DNA from: Isurus oxyrinchus
Lineage: Eukaryota
Length of the DNA stretch: 64,000 nucleotides
Assembly (NCBI GenBank): GCA_026770705.1
Contig: JANJGN010000035.1
Location: 13,392,001 to 13,456,000 of the forward strand
Direction: 5' to 3'
This document shows, piece by piece, positions 50,478 to 64,000 of the stretch (its first letter is position 1; each line of letters opens with the position of its first letter). Under the pieces are notes generated by a model, which saw nothing but the letters and a program-made list of their open reading frames with translations, searched no databases and had not been told where the DNA came from. Position numbers and translations under genes: made by a program.

Positions 50478-52438
50478 TCCATGATAACAGCATGGACTCT
50501 TATCTTCTATAGTCCCACTTGTGTGGCACTTTACTGCATGTCTTTTTATGAGGCAAGTACACGATATCTGCACATTCCCCTTTAACCAGCCTGTTGTTGT
50601 AACGTCAAAGGACACTAATAATCTTCTCAAACTCGATTTTACCTTCAGCAAACCATGTTGAATCTGCCGGATTGTAATATGATTTTGTCAATGTCCTGCT
50701 AGTATCTCCTTAATGATGTTCCCAAGCATTTTCCCAGTGACAAATAGTGGACTAACTGTCCTATTGTTTCAAGTATTGTGTCTCCTTTTTGTTCAATAGT
50801 GGCGTTATTCTTGCAGCCTTCCAAATCACTGGGACATTTGCAAATGATGGAAAATTCTGGAAGATTGCAAACACTTCAACCATTATCCCGGCTCGCTCTT
50901 CCTCAAAGACTCCAGCATGCAGATTTTCTGTTCCAGTAGAGCTGGCAGCCGTGCGTCCCATTAGTTTTCTTAACATGATTTCCTGAAACCAGAGTGATAT
51001 TTTAAGTTCCTCTCTCCATCTTTTCCGCTGCTTTTCTGATTTTCATGAGCTGATTTGGTGCCCTCGAACGTGAAGACAGAGACGAAATAGACTCTCAAAG
51101 ACCTTGTTCGTTACGGCATTAACTCTCCACACTCATTCCTTGCACGAACAACGCTTGCCATCACTGCTTTTTTTCCTTTTATATGTACTTGCAGCAGCTT
51201 GCACTCGCTGTTTTATATTAGTACTCGTGGATGTTTTCCCCGTATTCACTATTATTGCCCTGATGAGTGCAAGACAAAAAGCTTTGTTAAGTCACTTTTT
51301 TCACCAATACTCATGTTTTATATTTCTCGCTGTTTTTTTTTTCTCTCTCATAACCTAATTTCTGCCTGGTCATTTAATCTCATTTGCTATGATCTAATGC
51401 CTTTCCAACCCTCTGGCTCGCCAATGATTTTTGCAGCATCTTACTTTTACATTTTTATTTAAATGAGAAGACATCCATGACGTTCTTCTTATGCACGGAT
51501 GGCCAATACCTCTCGTATAGTCTTTCTTACACAGTGCAACATATGTTTGCTGCAGATTGTTATAGATCTCTTTTAATGGCTGTCATTAACTTTCTGATGT
51601 CTTACATTTTAATTATAGTCACTTTACCAAATTCTAGTTTCATGAACTAGTAATTGTCTTCATTTAATTTCAATGCACTAGTTATGGACACAACTTTCAA
51701 ACCATCAAACGGGTCGTTTGCTGGGAAGTCACAGAGTGAGACAGAGAATACAACCCCTCCCCATACCAGAACAAATACTTGTTAAAAAAATAGAAATTGT
51801 GCTGAGCATTTTTCTCTGCAAAAATACATTATCAGAGCACTCTGATACAGATAGAAGACGGCAGTTTTAGTGTTGTGGTTTGCTGCTCATAACAATGTTT
51901 GATAATTGTACTGGGGAAGTAATGTTCAAAATGCACGTACACTGGTATTTTTTTTAACCAATATCTGTGACCACAAGAGAGATCCACTTTCCCTCAGTTG
52001 CTTCCTGTTTCACATTCACCTCTGCACCTATGATAAGTAAAGTTGTTCATCTCCGTGTAGGTACAAATCAGCAATAGGTGTCTGAGGTACCTACTTCTGC
52101 AAAAAAAAGAAACGCTGCCTGTACACGGCATCTGCATTGCAATACTTTATGCACGTCTTCAATGGCAACCAGAAAAACAGCCAGTTCATCCAAAAAGCTG
52201 CACATCTTTCATTCCAGTGATTTAACATGAGGACAGCTTGTAAAATACTGAACATTCTCCACACCTCGCCCGCCCCCCACCATCTCTCTCCCTTTCACAA
52301 TCATGAAATTATTTGCCATAAATACTCAGTTTGCAAAGTCCACAGCTCGATGGCTGGTGGCAGTTGTGGCTAATTCTTGAAGTACACAGCACAGAAGCAC
52401 ACCATTTAGTCCGTTTATCTTGTGTGCGCATTACTCAC

Positions 52439-52623
52439 ACATTAATTCGCGCACAAACTGGACGCGCCTTTGCTGCATTGGTTCCCGGGTGCTGATCATC
52501 CGAACTCCGGCGTTAGGTACAGGGTATTCGACCATTCGCGTCATGGGCTGCCCACGCGATTATAAATGGAGACTCCAAACAATCAGCTTCTGCTCCAGAT
52601 CATTATGCGCCCAGGCACATAGT
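52439..52623 (-). pseudogene. Inverted relic of MS4A-like exon 1 (copy B)
   Basis: Acceptor ttataacag and donor gtgagt. VEYPVPNAGVRMIS...QRR aligns with AEYPVMNRGSQILS...SRR of 17562-17726; atgatctggagcagaagctgatt aligns with atgatttgaaacatggctgaat. One in-frame stop. Confidence 0.5.
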
Positions 52624-55574
52624 CTGTTATAATACAAACTCCAGATTATAGGCTGCAACCTTATGCCTTCTCAGAACCTCTCACAGGCTTTTGAAGAACA
52701 GGTTTAGAGTTTGTGTTTACACAGGGTTCATAGACGTGACAAAACGTGGCCAATAGCTTTAATGTTTCGTGAAGTATGTAATAAGTCAGACCCCCCATTT
52801 GACCCGATTCTGAAGGCATATTTATCATTCGATTAGTAACGAATTGCCCAACATTCATAATCTCTATGATGGACATTCAAATCCCCCCACGGCTGGCTGG
52901 GTATTTCGATTTTTGCTTGTGAAATTTTTTGGGGATGAAATGCCTTTTTATGGGAAATGGGTGCCACAAGGCACAAGGCCACATTGAGCTTCATTCAGGA
53001 ACATTATGTTCCCGTTAGTTTCCCAACCACAGATGTTCGAATCATTGGCCTGAAATTACCCACTTTATCCATTCTACCCTCCTTGAATAATGATTTCACA
53101 TAGGCTGTCCCTCAGTCCTTTGGCAGCTCTCTTAAATCGGCTTTACCCCCATTTCAAAGCAATTATTTCTGGATCTTTTTTGCCCTCTCTGATAAAGACT
53201 TTGATTCTTACAGAGTTTTTGTCACGAGCACTAAATGGTACTGCATTGACCCTTCTACCATTTCCCTGCCTTCATTCCCTCAGATTAAGTAGAGTACCAC
53301 CCCTTCTCTTGTAGGACTGTCTACGTGCTGTTTCAAAAGCAATCCTCGAAGGACATCAAGAAATCCACCCCCTCGAAGCTTTTCACAATAAGACCAGTTA
53401 ATATTGGGGAAGATGATATCCTCTGCTTTTAGTACCCTATTATTTTTATACTTCTCTGAGATTTGCCTAAAGAACTGCTCCTCTATATCCTACTATCTGT
53501 TGAAAGTCCCACGAACTCTCCCAGCAAAATGATTGCCGCAAATTTGCTTTTAAGTACTACTAATATGGCCTAGTTTGAAGAAACCTCAACGGTACCATCG
53601 ATCTTTCCTGCAGTAAATGACTCCTTGCTCATGAATGCAATGACACCTATTCTTTTACACACCCAACCGCTTGCCCCGTCACTTCTGAAGATTCAATGTC
53701 TTGGAATATTGAGTTGACAGTCCTGCCCTTCCCCCAACCATGTTTCTATGATAGCAACAACACCATATATCCATATGTTAATCGACACTCTTAATTCTTC
53801 TGATTTAATTTTTATACTCATTGTGTTAAAATATTTGCAATCCATCCTTGCATTATTCCCTTGTCCCTTATGTGTCTATACTTTCTATGCTTTCCAGACT
53901 GATCTAGTTTCTCTTCTATGTTTGGCAGTACATCAACCCCTGCTGTAACTCTCCTCTGTATCCCATCAGTCTATGCCCCATCACCCCATCACGAGAAAAT
54001 AAACGATATTAACAAACCAGGGACAAAGTAAAAGGCAGCCACTTGAAAAGAAAACTTTGGTAAACAGGGAAATGGCAAAGTTCAGGGTTCAGACTGAGCA
54101 TGCACAGTGCAATTTCTCACCGCACCACCCCATGAAGGCAGCGAAATTGTGACTTGGTCCTCCCACCCCCATCACAGGTGGCTTAGTGATATTTCCCCTG
54201 ACTAATATTGCAGTGTAATGACCTGGGGACCGGGGTACCAGGACAGATGTTGAAATTTGACTCTAAGTCTAATGATGACCATTAAAGCATTGCTGATTTT
54301 CAGGAAATCCCATTTGATTCATTAATCCACTTCAGGGGATGGACAATGTCGTTATGGCCTGGCCTGGACCACATGTGACTCCAGATGGACTCCTAAGTGT
54401 CCTGTGAAAAAGGGGCAATTAATAATGGGCAACGAAAGCTGGCCTGGCCAGCCACGTCCACATTCCATGAGGGAATAAAAAAGTAACATCGCCGTTCATA
54501 AAGGAAAGCCTGAAAAAAATGCCACTTTTCCTATTCAGTATAATTTGGATTTACACAACGATGGCATTCAGAAGATTTGCGAAACAATTGGGCTTTGAAA
54601 CATCATGCTCCAATGGAGTGAAATCCTTGAATTCATAACTTTTAAAAATCTTCTTAGCAAGATATTTATTCCAGGTTTTTCGGAGATTTTATTTAACCTT
54701 GTGCATTTTGCCGATGTTAAAGATACTTTATTGAGGTCAACATGTTTTTGCATGCTGAACAGGCAGCCCCGTTACTCAAGCAATCGGGGGTGAACCCCAG
54801 GCGCATTTAGATAAAAAAAAAACAAAAAGCGGTGGAAGCTGGAAATCTGAAACAAAAGCACAAAATGTTGGAAACACTCATCAGCCTAAGAGCATCGGCA
54901 GAGAAAAAAAACAAAGTTAAGGACCATGATAACTCTGTTTTTATCGACAACCAATTATATTAACATGCCTTCTCCAATTTTAATCCGTGGGTCAAATTCT
55001 ACACTTGAATTCAAAAATATAGTGCTGTTAAAACTCAGCCATTTTGAGAGCATGTGTGAACAGAGTGACGGAGTGAACGTTTCAAGCTCCAATGAATCTA
55101 ACCTTGAAGGTCTATAATCTTTGATTAAATTAATCCTGATCCTAATATCAGGAAGACCGTGACATTTTATTTCAGCAAGAAGGTTGATAGGAGTCAGATC
55201 CTGAGTTCCGTTAATCGACAGCTCTGAACCCCAAGCCTGTCCTATAACATTTCAATTCAGTTCCAATAACGATGTCACCCCTTCCCCGGAGGAATCGGCG
55301 GTGGCGTGGCGGTGTGGCAGGTATCATTTCGCCACTCACAGTACAGGTTACAGTCGCCGTGACATTTCTTTCAAATATTGGTTGTTCTTCACTGGTTTCA
55401 ACTGACAGATGAACTCACAAGCAGAAACAGCGATTGGTCTTAAAGTTTGTGATACTGGTTACTCAAAAGGACCCTGCATTAAAGAAGTCCACTCTGCCCA
55501 ACGAGGCGACATAAGTGGACTGTACAGAACAGGGTCACTAGTCAGTTGCTGATGTAGGCTAAGTGCTCTATCAC

Positions 55575-56200
55575 CACACCAAAACCAGCCAGCCACCCAC
55601 CAAAATGCGCCCACATCCAATCCAATCCATCACTCCTCCCTGCCTCCTCGAACACACCAAAAACCTCCACACAAACCCCACAACCACCCCTCCTTCCTAC
55701 CACACACCTGTCAACATCCCCATTCAGCTAAACTCCTAACACTTCCCTAACAAAACCGCCAACAAGCACCTACCCACTCCACAACCGGTCGTTCATCCCT
55801 GCCTCCCAACCAACCAAATCCACATCACCCACCCCTTCTCTCTGCCCCCAGAACGCACCATAAGCCCCTAAACTCCCCAGACTCCCTAACACACCTCCTA
55901 CCAACAAACACCCAACCACTTCACCCCCGCCCCTCCTCTTACACAACTCACCCAGCAACAACCCCCTAGCCGCTACAACCTCATATCGTCTGCTTTACTG
56001 TACCCACCCATCAGCACACCCCAGCTGCCAGATGTCCACCCTCTTCTCCCTGCACCTTATCAACGCCACCTCACACTCCCGACCTCCCAACCCCTCTACC
56101 ATAACACCCACAAACCTCCAACATCCTCTTACCAACCCAACACCATCCCCTTCTCCATACCAATTCACCAACCTCTCGCACACCCCCACAACCAACGCCA
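55575..56200 (+). repeat. C/A-rich low-complexity tract
   Basis: Seen directly. Confidence 0.85.
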
Positions 56201-58235
56201 CCTGTTAGACCCAAAGTAAAAGAAAAATGCTGCAGATGATGGAAATTGAAAAAAAATAAAACAGAAAATTCTGGAAACCATTAGGAGTCCCGGCAGAATC
56301 CGTGGAGAGGCAAACAGTGCTGAATTTTCTAGTCCATATCAGCCTTCTTCGATTTTCTACTGTGTATGTATCAGTCATCTCTCTAATCTGTGGTATCATT
56401 TATGGGCTTCCCATTAAGCAACCAGTTCCTTTTTGCAACGTGGACAGATTCCTTTTGGGGCCAAGGGGATAAGTTTCACAACAGACACTTGTGAAAGCTG
56501 CTGGTCGAGGAATGAGCTGTCTGTTCAACATCGGAACCTTTCTGACCTTCTAGTGACCCAGACATCTACAATGTGCGGACAGGGCTCTTCTTGATTTTGC
56601 CTGCTGAAAGATGCATTGTTGTTGAAAGTAAAAAAGTCTAACTGCATATGATGAATAAAAGCACTTAAATCTTGCAGCACCACCTCTGATTGCAGAAAGT
56701 GTTGAGCCTGAAAGGTTCAATCGAGTTCATGGCACCAAATGTAATCAAACCCTGACTTACCTCCCATGTGGATGTGTTGCTCAGTATATTCTTTCCTGAA
56801 CTTTCAAACTGAGCCTCCCAGCTGTGCCTCCATACTCCACCAGCGGCCATAAACTGTGTACCAGGGATAAGTTTCAGATCCTGCTTTCATACAAAATGAA
56901 CCATCAGTATTTTCCCCCAATGGGTGATCGGTTAAGGGGTCCAGCAGCATTTGGTTCGCAAAGTGAACTGCTAGATGCAATTGATCATCTCCACGTGAGA
57001 GAAGCAGTCCATGTCCAAATGCAGCAATGCACGGACATTGCCCAGGCTTGGGCTGACAGTGGCAAATAACACTACTGACATAGAAGAGTCGACCTCCAAC
57101 AAGTGATAATCCAACCAACACCCCTTAACATTCAATGGCATTACCATCACTAGAATCGCGACAATTAACATGCTGGGGGTTCCATTGTCCTGATAGTGAA
57201 TTCTACTAGCCGTATCAATATTTTGCCTCCAAGAGCAGGTCACAGGCTAGGCATCCCGTGGCTTGTAACTCTGTTACTGACTCCCCAGAGTCTATCCTGC
57301 ATCTACAAGGCACAAGTCAGGAGTGCAATGGAATACTCCCGTCAAGCCGGGATGAGTGCAACTCCCGCAACACACAAGAAGAATGACACCAAACATATCA
57401 AATCAGGTCGCTTGATTGCCCCCCCCCCATCCACAAACATTCACTTCCTCCACAATGATGCACTGTAGCTGCAGTGCGTACCATCCCAAATTTGCAGTGC
57501 AGGAATTAACCAAGGCCCCTTAGGCAGCACCTCCCAAGCCAACGACCACAACACTATAGAAGGACAAAGGCATCACGCAGATGGGAACACTAGCACCTGA
57601 ACGCTCCCCTCAAAGTCACTCCCCATTCTGACTTGGAAATATTACTGCCATTCCATCACTGTTGCTGGATTTATTTCCTTAGTGCAGTTCGGTTGCTCCT
57701 GCACCTTTTGGGCTGCAGCGATTCAAGAAGGCAGGACACCACCACATTCCCAAGGGGCAATTATGGATAGGCAATAAATGCTTGCATAGCCAGCGATGCC
57801 CACATCCCGTGAATGAATTAAAGAAAAAGCTGAGTTTATTCTCCGATCTCTGGTTGTTCAATGACTGGTGTGCTTCACGTTCGAAGTTAATTTATCCACA
57901 TGCTTGATGCTGATTTCTTGTTCTGTAACACAGACATGTGGAACCATTTGCACCGTCATCTGTCTCTGTTTCGCAAACAGAAGGACCCTATCCAATGTTA
58001 TTTCTTTATTTACTGACCAATCACCTTGCATGTAACGCAATTAAAAATTCAGCCAATATCTTCCATTCTCGTTGTTCAAGCAACATAATCCAAAATTTGC
58101 AGAGCGCAAGGTCTTAATTTAATTCAATGTACTAAGTAAAACATCCCTTCATACAGCAAATTCGACATTCGTATTAAGGCAAATGGAATTTAACTTAAGG
58201 AGAGATATTTCAATGAAGATGTGATGCTAGGTGAA

Positions 58236-59868
58236 GTTATCTTTTGTGGAAGCCTCTTTTACTTTCTAGGCTCGCAGCCAAATTCACTTCTTCTGAGTAT
58301 ATCCATATTGGAATTCGTTGAAACAAAAAATTTCAATTGCAGGAGACCTGTTTTAACATTAAATTCTGTACCAGCCGATTTAGCGTGAATTGACAAGTAG
58401 CCTTGATGACACAATGTTCGCTGAGAAGGTACCTCTGGTGATGGGGTTGACCCTGTACTGTGTTATCGTTGAAGGTAAATGATAGTGAACTGGAAAACCC
58501 GTTTAACACTTCTCCAATTTCATTTCAATAAAGGAACACAGTCAAGAGCACGGGTGCAGGTTAAATATAGATGGAAACACAATTCAATTCTCCGCACACA
58601 GTTATGGGCAGGATCATATAGAGGCATCAGGGAACGTGAACAAAGGCTGACAGGGGAAATTATTTTCCGATTCAAGATTTATGACCAAGTATATACACGG
58701 CCAAAGTTTGTCCAATGCCTTGCATACAAATTAGACTGCTCCTGTAGAAGAAAATGATTGCAAATTGCATTGAGTGAAATTTTGTATGTCTTTGGCTGGG
58801 TGCCCTGAATGTATTATCGTCCAAGGATCCATTGGCTTTGTGTGAAATATCACAATGGACTGATATCAAAATCAATTACTGCATTCTCTCCGAAGCTGTG
58901 GTCCTATCTGGTGGCGAATTTGACCAGTGTCTTTGTGTTGGCAGTGGATGTGTTCCTGTTTCATTTCGATGTTAGCACTTAGCCCTGGCCAAGATTATGT
59001 GCTTCCAGAAGCGTCGGAGGTCACGGTACAGTGCCTGTGAGTACAGAAAAAATCTTTGTTTAGTGCCGATTTATGCAAAGCCGAAAAGGCAGCTCCAGCA
59101 CCTGTTCACTTTATAGAATTGTTGAGAATGGACTATACAGAAGGGGCTTGCTCCCGTGTTACTGTCCCACACCAAACTTCTTCCACCTATCCAACTAAAT
59201 CTAGTGATCGAACAAAAAATATTTGCTTTTGCCTGAGACTCTTAACCTCGTGAAACAGCCTCTGCTGCTTCGGAGGAGCGTTACCATCCAAAACTCACAC
59301 ATAGACATAGGGGGTTATAGAACATTAGGAAGCAAAACCGTGTCAAAAATAGGTTGGAGGAGCACGTTAGGGTGCGTGGCTGCTGAGCAGACTGGTGCAA
59401 GATTGCATTTTGGTAGCAGTGTTTTTTTTACTTCAAATTTAGAGAAGAGTGAAATGTGGCAAGGAGTGGGGTGGGGGGCCGTGTGGGGGTGTGGTGGTGG
59501 GGTGGAGGGAGCATGGGAATAGTCGAGACTCTGGAAGCCATGTACTGATGAGACTATTCCCTTCCAGCGACCTAATTGTCACTCAAATGCCTAAAGAAAT
59601 AAATTGGACATGCTAAGTACACCAAGGCGAAAGAGCCAGCACCGTGACAATGCTTGCTTCCCCCCTCCTACCCCCGGGATATTATACAGCCTTTTGCTTG
59701 CGGCAACCGCATATCTATCGTTTTCGATTCACCCAATAAGTGGGAAATGCATTACCCTGCGTCTACCTGCTGAAATCTCTACTTATCTCTAAACATCTCT
59801 CTCAGATTCACTGCTCAGCCTTCGGTTTTCGAGTGGAAATGCCAACGACTTGTCACCTGTGTGCATTG
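58236..59868 (+). pseudogene. MS4A: MS4A-like pseudogene, copy B (exons 3-5 only)
   Basis: Exon 3 at 58236-58292 reads IFCGSLFYFLGSQPNSLL, with the donor mutated to ctgagt. Exon 4 at 58896-59036 has TAG at 58980-58982. Exon 5 at 59740-59868 has its acceptor mutated to aa. Confidence 0.8.
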
Positions 59869-62800
59869 TCAAATCGCTTTTCCAGAATCCTCAAAAGCAG
59901 CTTGGTTGATCTACCTGTTGGAGTCCAATTCTTTTGTGATTTTTTTTTCCACGAAGGGGACTGTATATATGGATGATATTGGCGTGGGTGTAAATAGATC
60001 GGAGTCAGGCGCCTGATGGTTTGAAACTTATCTGTTATATGACTTTTAATTTGTACACTATTCTGTGCACTCATTGCCAATGCAACCATCACATATCTCA
60101 CCATCTGAGATAGTGAGACAACATGAATAAAACGACGCCCAAATATTTAACTTTACATGGAAGTCCATTCGATGGTAAATGGCGGAAGCTGTCTTCCAAT
60201 AGTGTTGCCCCAGATCAATGCCTAGTCCCATCGGTTTACTTTCCCTAAGTGTGACTATATTCCCTGCCCAATAATTTGGGCTAAGCTTCTTTATGAATTA
60301 TGCTGTCACAGTGGGCACGAAACTCCTCGTGGCCAGAATTATTTTTGTTTATTTCCAATTGTCCTTAACATGTTCTTGCCACTGATGAACAGGGGTGTCC
60401 TTTTAAGTTCCTAGTCGCCTTCTGGTTCCTAGTGTTGTTGGAGATATCCATATGAATCAGTTTTCTTTTGTGCCTAGGAGACGCTGGGCACCTATTCGAA
60501 GATGAATATTCATAAGTTAAGTGATGCACAGGACCAGATAATGCTAGGTGTTGATTGGAATAGAAACAAGCGACTTGAATCTCTGCAACAACTTTTCTGA
60601 ACATTCGAAAGCGTCTTAAAGGAGAAAAAGAGTATCCTATCAATAGGAATGTGAGTATGGCGAGCTGATATTTCGTGGGTGTTGTTCAAGAGCTCTGAAA
60701 TTCAGATGGATCTGGGAGTCACAGTGCAAGAATCACAAAAGTCTAGCGTGCAGACTCAGCAAGAGATTAGGAAAAATAATGTAATATTATAATTTATTGA
60801 GAGGGAAATTTAATACAAAAGTAGGGAGATTATGCTTCACTTGTACAGGGCACTTCTGAGAACACATCTGGAGTTTTGAGTACAGTACTGTTACCCTTAG
60901 TTAAGGAAGATATAAAATAATTAGAATCAGTTCAGAGAACATTTACAGGACTAACACCAGGAATGGATGGGTTACCTTACGACGAAATGTTCGACAGATT
61001 AGTCTAATATCCAATGGAATGTAGGACAGAAAGAGATAACTATATTGAAACATATGTCAGCCTGAGGGATGTTGATAGGTTGTATGTGGAGATGATGTTT
61101 CCTCTTGTGGGAGAATCTAGATCTAGTGGTCATTGTTTAAAATAAAGGGGTGGTTCCTTTGACACAGAGCTGTGGGGAATTACTTTCCCTCAGGCAGTGG
61201 TGAGACTTTGGAATCCCTTCCTGAAAAGGTAGTGGACACACATTATTTCAATATTTTTAAGGCAGAGTAGATATATACTTGATTAACAAGTGTGTAAAAT
61301 GTTGTCGGGGATCGGCAGGAATGTGGGACTGAGGTAACTTTCATATCAGCCAACGTCTTTTTGAATGCAGGAGTACGTTAGACGGGTTGGCTGGCCGACT
61401 CCTGTTCCTTGTCCATATGTTCATATGGTCAAACATACAAAAACAATAAATAAAGTGTTAACTTGTTACAGAATGGCCGCTGTGATATGAAGCTGTGGGT
61501 GGAGGTGAAAAATGAATGCTTTTCGGATGCTAGCGTATTCTCAAGGGTCACTTTTGGATCAATTACTCTCTCTTAACTTCAGTAAACGAACTAGGGTATG
61601 GTGCAAGAAGCAACATGATAAATATTGCGTTCGGAACACAAGTTGGCATTTTAGTATGAATTGGTGAGTGGGGTTGTTGACTCCAGATGGCATAGGGAGA
61701 ATAGCGAAATGGGCAGGAAATTAATAGATGGAGCTGGATGCTGTCATTTATAACGTTTGAAAAGGAGAATATGGCAGTACAAATTTCAAATTACATTCTG
61801 AAATATGAAGGTGATAAGGGCGGTCTTTCCATTCACACAGACCCATCATAACTTTTTCTATTTGTTCATGGGATGTGGTCGTCGCTGGCTTGGTGTCAGT
61901 GTTTGTTTCCACATTCTTGGTCAGAGGGTATTTCAGAGACAACCGCATGTATTCCAGACCAGGTAAGGACGGCATATTTCAATACCTAAAGAGCATTAGT
62001 GAATCATACAGGTCTTCAAAGCAATCGCCAATTGTTGCGCCATTCTCATCAGCAGGATTATAATTCCTGAGTTTTATTGAATTCGAATTTCACCATCTGT
62101 CGTGTGGTATCCGGGTACACAGATAATTACCCTGGCTTTTTGGAATAATAGTCAGTGACAATGTCACTATGCCAACGCCTCTAAATGGAGTTATACTGTC
62201 TGAAATAAGCTGAATGTGCACCAACTTTATAAATCGCTGGTTGAGTCAGCTGGAGGGTTTGCGGACAATTCGTCACATGATATTCTCCGAAAATTTAATG
62301 GCTTTAAAAGCGGTACAGGTGAAGTGTCTAGGCTTGTTACACGCGAAATGGATCTCAGCTGTAAGGAGAGGTTAATTTATAGCGAAGTCGCTCCTAATGG
62401 GCAGAAAAATGTATTGTAAGTGACTTACTAAATCTTTTGAAGTTGCTGGGAGTATTTGATCTAAGAGACAAGGAACAGCAGCTCCCTCTAGCGACTGGGT
62501 GGACTGCCAAGCGCCAGAGAATTAACATAATTGCAAGTAGCTTCAGAGGAAATAAAGCTCATTAATTTCTCACACATTGTCTGAATGTGGCAAGTTCTAC
62601 CTGAATAGGAAAAAAAGTGTGTCTGGAAATGGCTTACAGAAATATTTTTTAGCGGTAATCGGACAGCTCGTTGAGAAACAAAAATTGACTGACTTCCGAA
62701 GTTAAAGGTTGGGGGGCAGATGTGGGACAAAGCATCACTCTGATCCTTCAACAGAAAAGCAGGTGGAGGATGGGCTGTCGAGCTAGGAACCAGACCCGCA

Positions 62801-63549
62801 CGGATAGCAGCAGGTAGAGGATTATAGAGTACTTGTCGGGCAAATACAAGGCTGAAAGTGATTAGGCCACAGCACCATTTGTTCATGAGACATTTGGTAG
62901 CCAGTGTTATTTGTGGGGAGAGGAAGTGGCTGCCCGGGACAACAAGATTTCCGCCCAAATTCCAGGTCCGGTCTGCTCGTTTTCAGGCTAGGCAGGTGAT
63001 ATAACTGTTACTGTTCAAATTACGTCCCGTTTATTGCAGCTGTTAATAAAATTACCGCTTTGTCAGCATCAATGTTAGTTTAAATGACTTAACTAGGGTG
63101 CGTAAAGTTTACATCTGGGCTCGGGATTCTGCATAGTCTTCACTAGTTTATTGAATTATGTTTATTTTATGACTCAGGTCGAGAAAGTTGCCAGCAACCT
63201 AGGTTTATTGCAATATTTGGGAAAATGGTGTTCACTTCTCTAAGAGAATGTCACATGTAGCTAGATCCACACATATAATATCATAGGCACATACAGACAT
63301 ATATAAATAATCGTTAAATTAATAATTTTTTTCAGAAATTCTTTTAATTCTCAAAATAAATCACTACTAGTTGAATGACTTCCATTGTTTGCAACTAGGA
63401 TGTAACGATGACCAGAAGGACCTAGAAATAGCTATGCATAGATCCTAGAAGGAAGCAGCACAGGTGCATTAGGCAGTTTTGACGGCATATGAGATACTTG
63501 CATTTTTTAGACGTGGCATAGATTATAAGAGCAGAAAAGTTAAGTTGGA

Positions 63550-63683
63550 AACAAAAACAGAATTACCTGGAAAAACTCAGCAGGTCTGGCAGCATCAGCG
63601 GAGAAGAAAAGAGTTGACGTTTCGAGTCTTCATGTTTTTGTTTTTGTTTTGGATTTCCAGCATCCGCAGTGCTCTTTGTTTTT
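63550..63683. mobile_element. 134-bp Penelope-derived insertion with perfect 13-bp TSD, inside a CR1
   Basis: TSD aagttaagttgga at 63537-63549 and 63684-63696. An antisense pLTR piece is joined to a sense tail. Absent from the paralog near 25340. Confidence 0.88.
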
Positions 63684-64000
63684 AAGTTAAGTTGGAGTTG
63701 TTTGGAAAGCTAATTTGGCCATATCTAGTGTACTGTCTGCAGATCTTAACGCCACAGTATATGAAAGGTCTGAGTACACTCTCCATTGTGCAGAGGAGAT
63801 TCACCGGGATGATGTCTGGGCTGGAGTATTTCAGCTATGAATTGGGACTGGTCAGGCTGAGTTGGAATACATTAGAGCAGACAAGGCTGAGAGGGGACCT
63901 GAAAACGATCATCAAACTTATGAGGGGCATATGTAGTGCAGTTGAAGAAAAGCTTTTCCCCTTAGCGGAGGAGTTAATAACCATCAGCATCGATTTAAGG

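Larger units (their letters stand above)
42943..64000 (+). repeat. Tandem segmental duplication, copy B (continues beyond the window)
   Basis: Collinear with 1-25660. The offset drifts from ~42.9 kb to ~38.3 kb because of indels. Confidence 0.95.

Overview
Eukaryotic, repeat-rich vertebrate DNA. The repeat families (CR1-type LINEs, a tRNA-derived SINE and its partner LINE, Penelope, Tx1, Rex1/Babar) indicate a cartilaginous fish, probably a shark (inference). None of the supplied long ORFs is a real gene. Reading splice signals directly reveals a split MS4A (CD20-like, membrane-spanning 4A family) gene on the + strand. It has four open, phase-0 GT-AG exons (17562-17726, 19311-19436, 20415-20471, 20847-20987) and a disrupted fifth exon (21666-21792). 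The window spans about 1.5 units of an old ~40-kb tandem duplication: 1-25.6 kb is collinear with 42.9-64 kb, at about 76% identity in one hand-counted block. The second unit carries a dead MS4A copy that lost its promoter and exons 1-2 in a ~5.6-kb deletion. Each unit also appears to carry an inverted relic of MS4A exon 1. Between the units lie two eroded tRNA-Lys(UUU) pseudogenes and two TE-derived minisatellites: a 37-bp LINE-derived array and a 43-bp CRISPR-looking array built from a SINE anticodon arm. Young Penelope insertions with target-site duplications and hammerhead-like motifs also occur. TE boundaries are approximate and were judged by eye.
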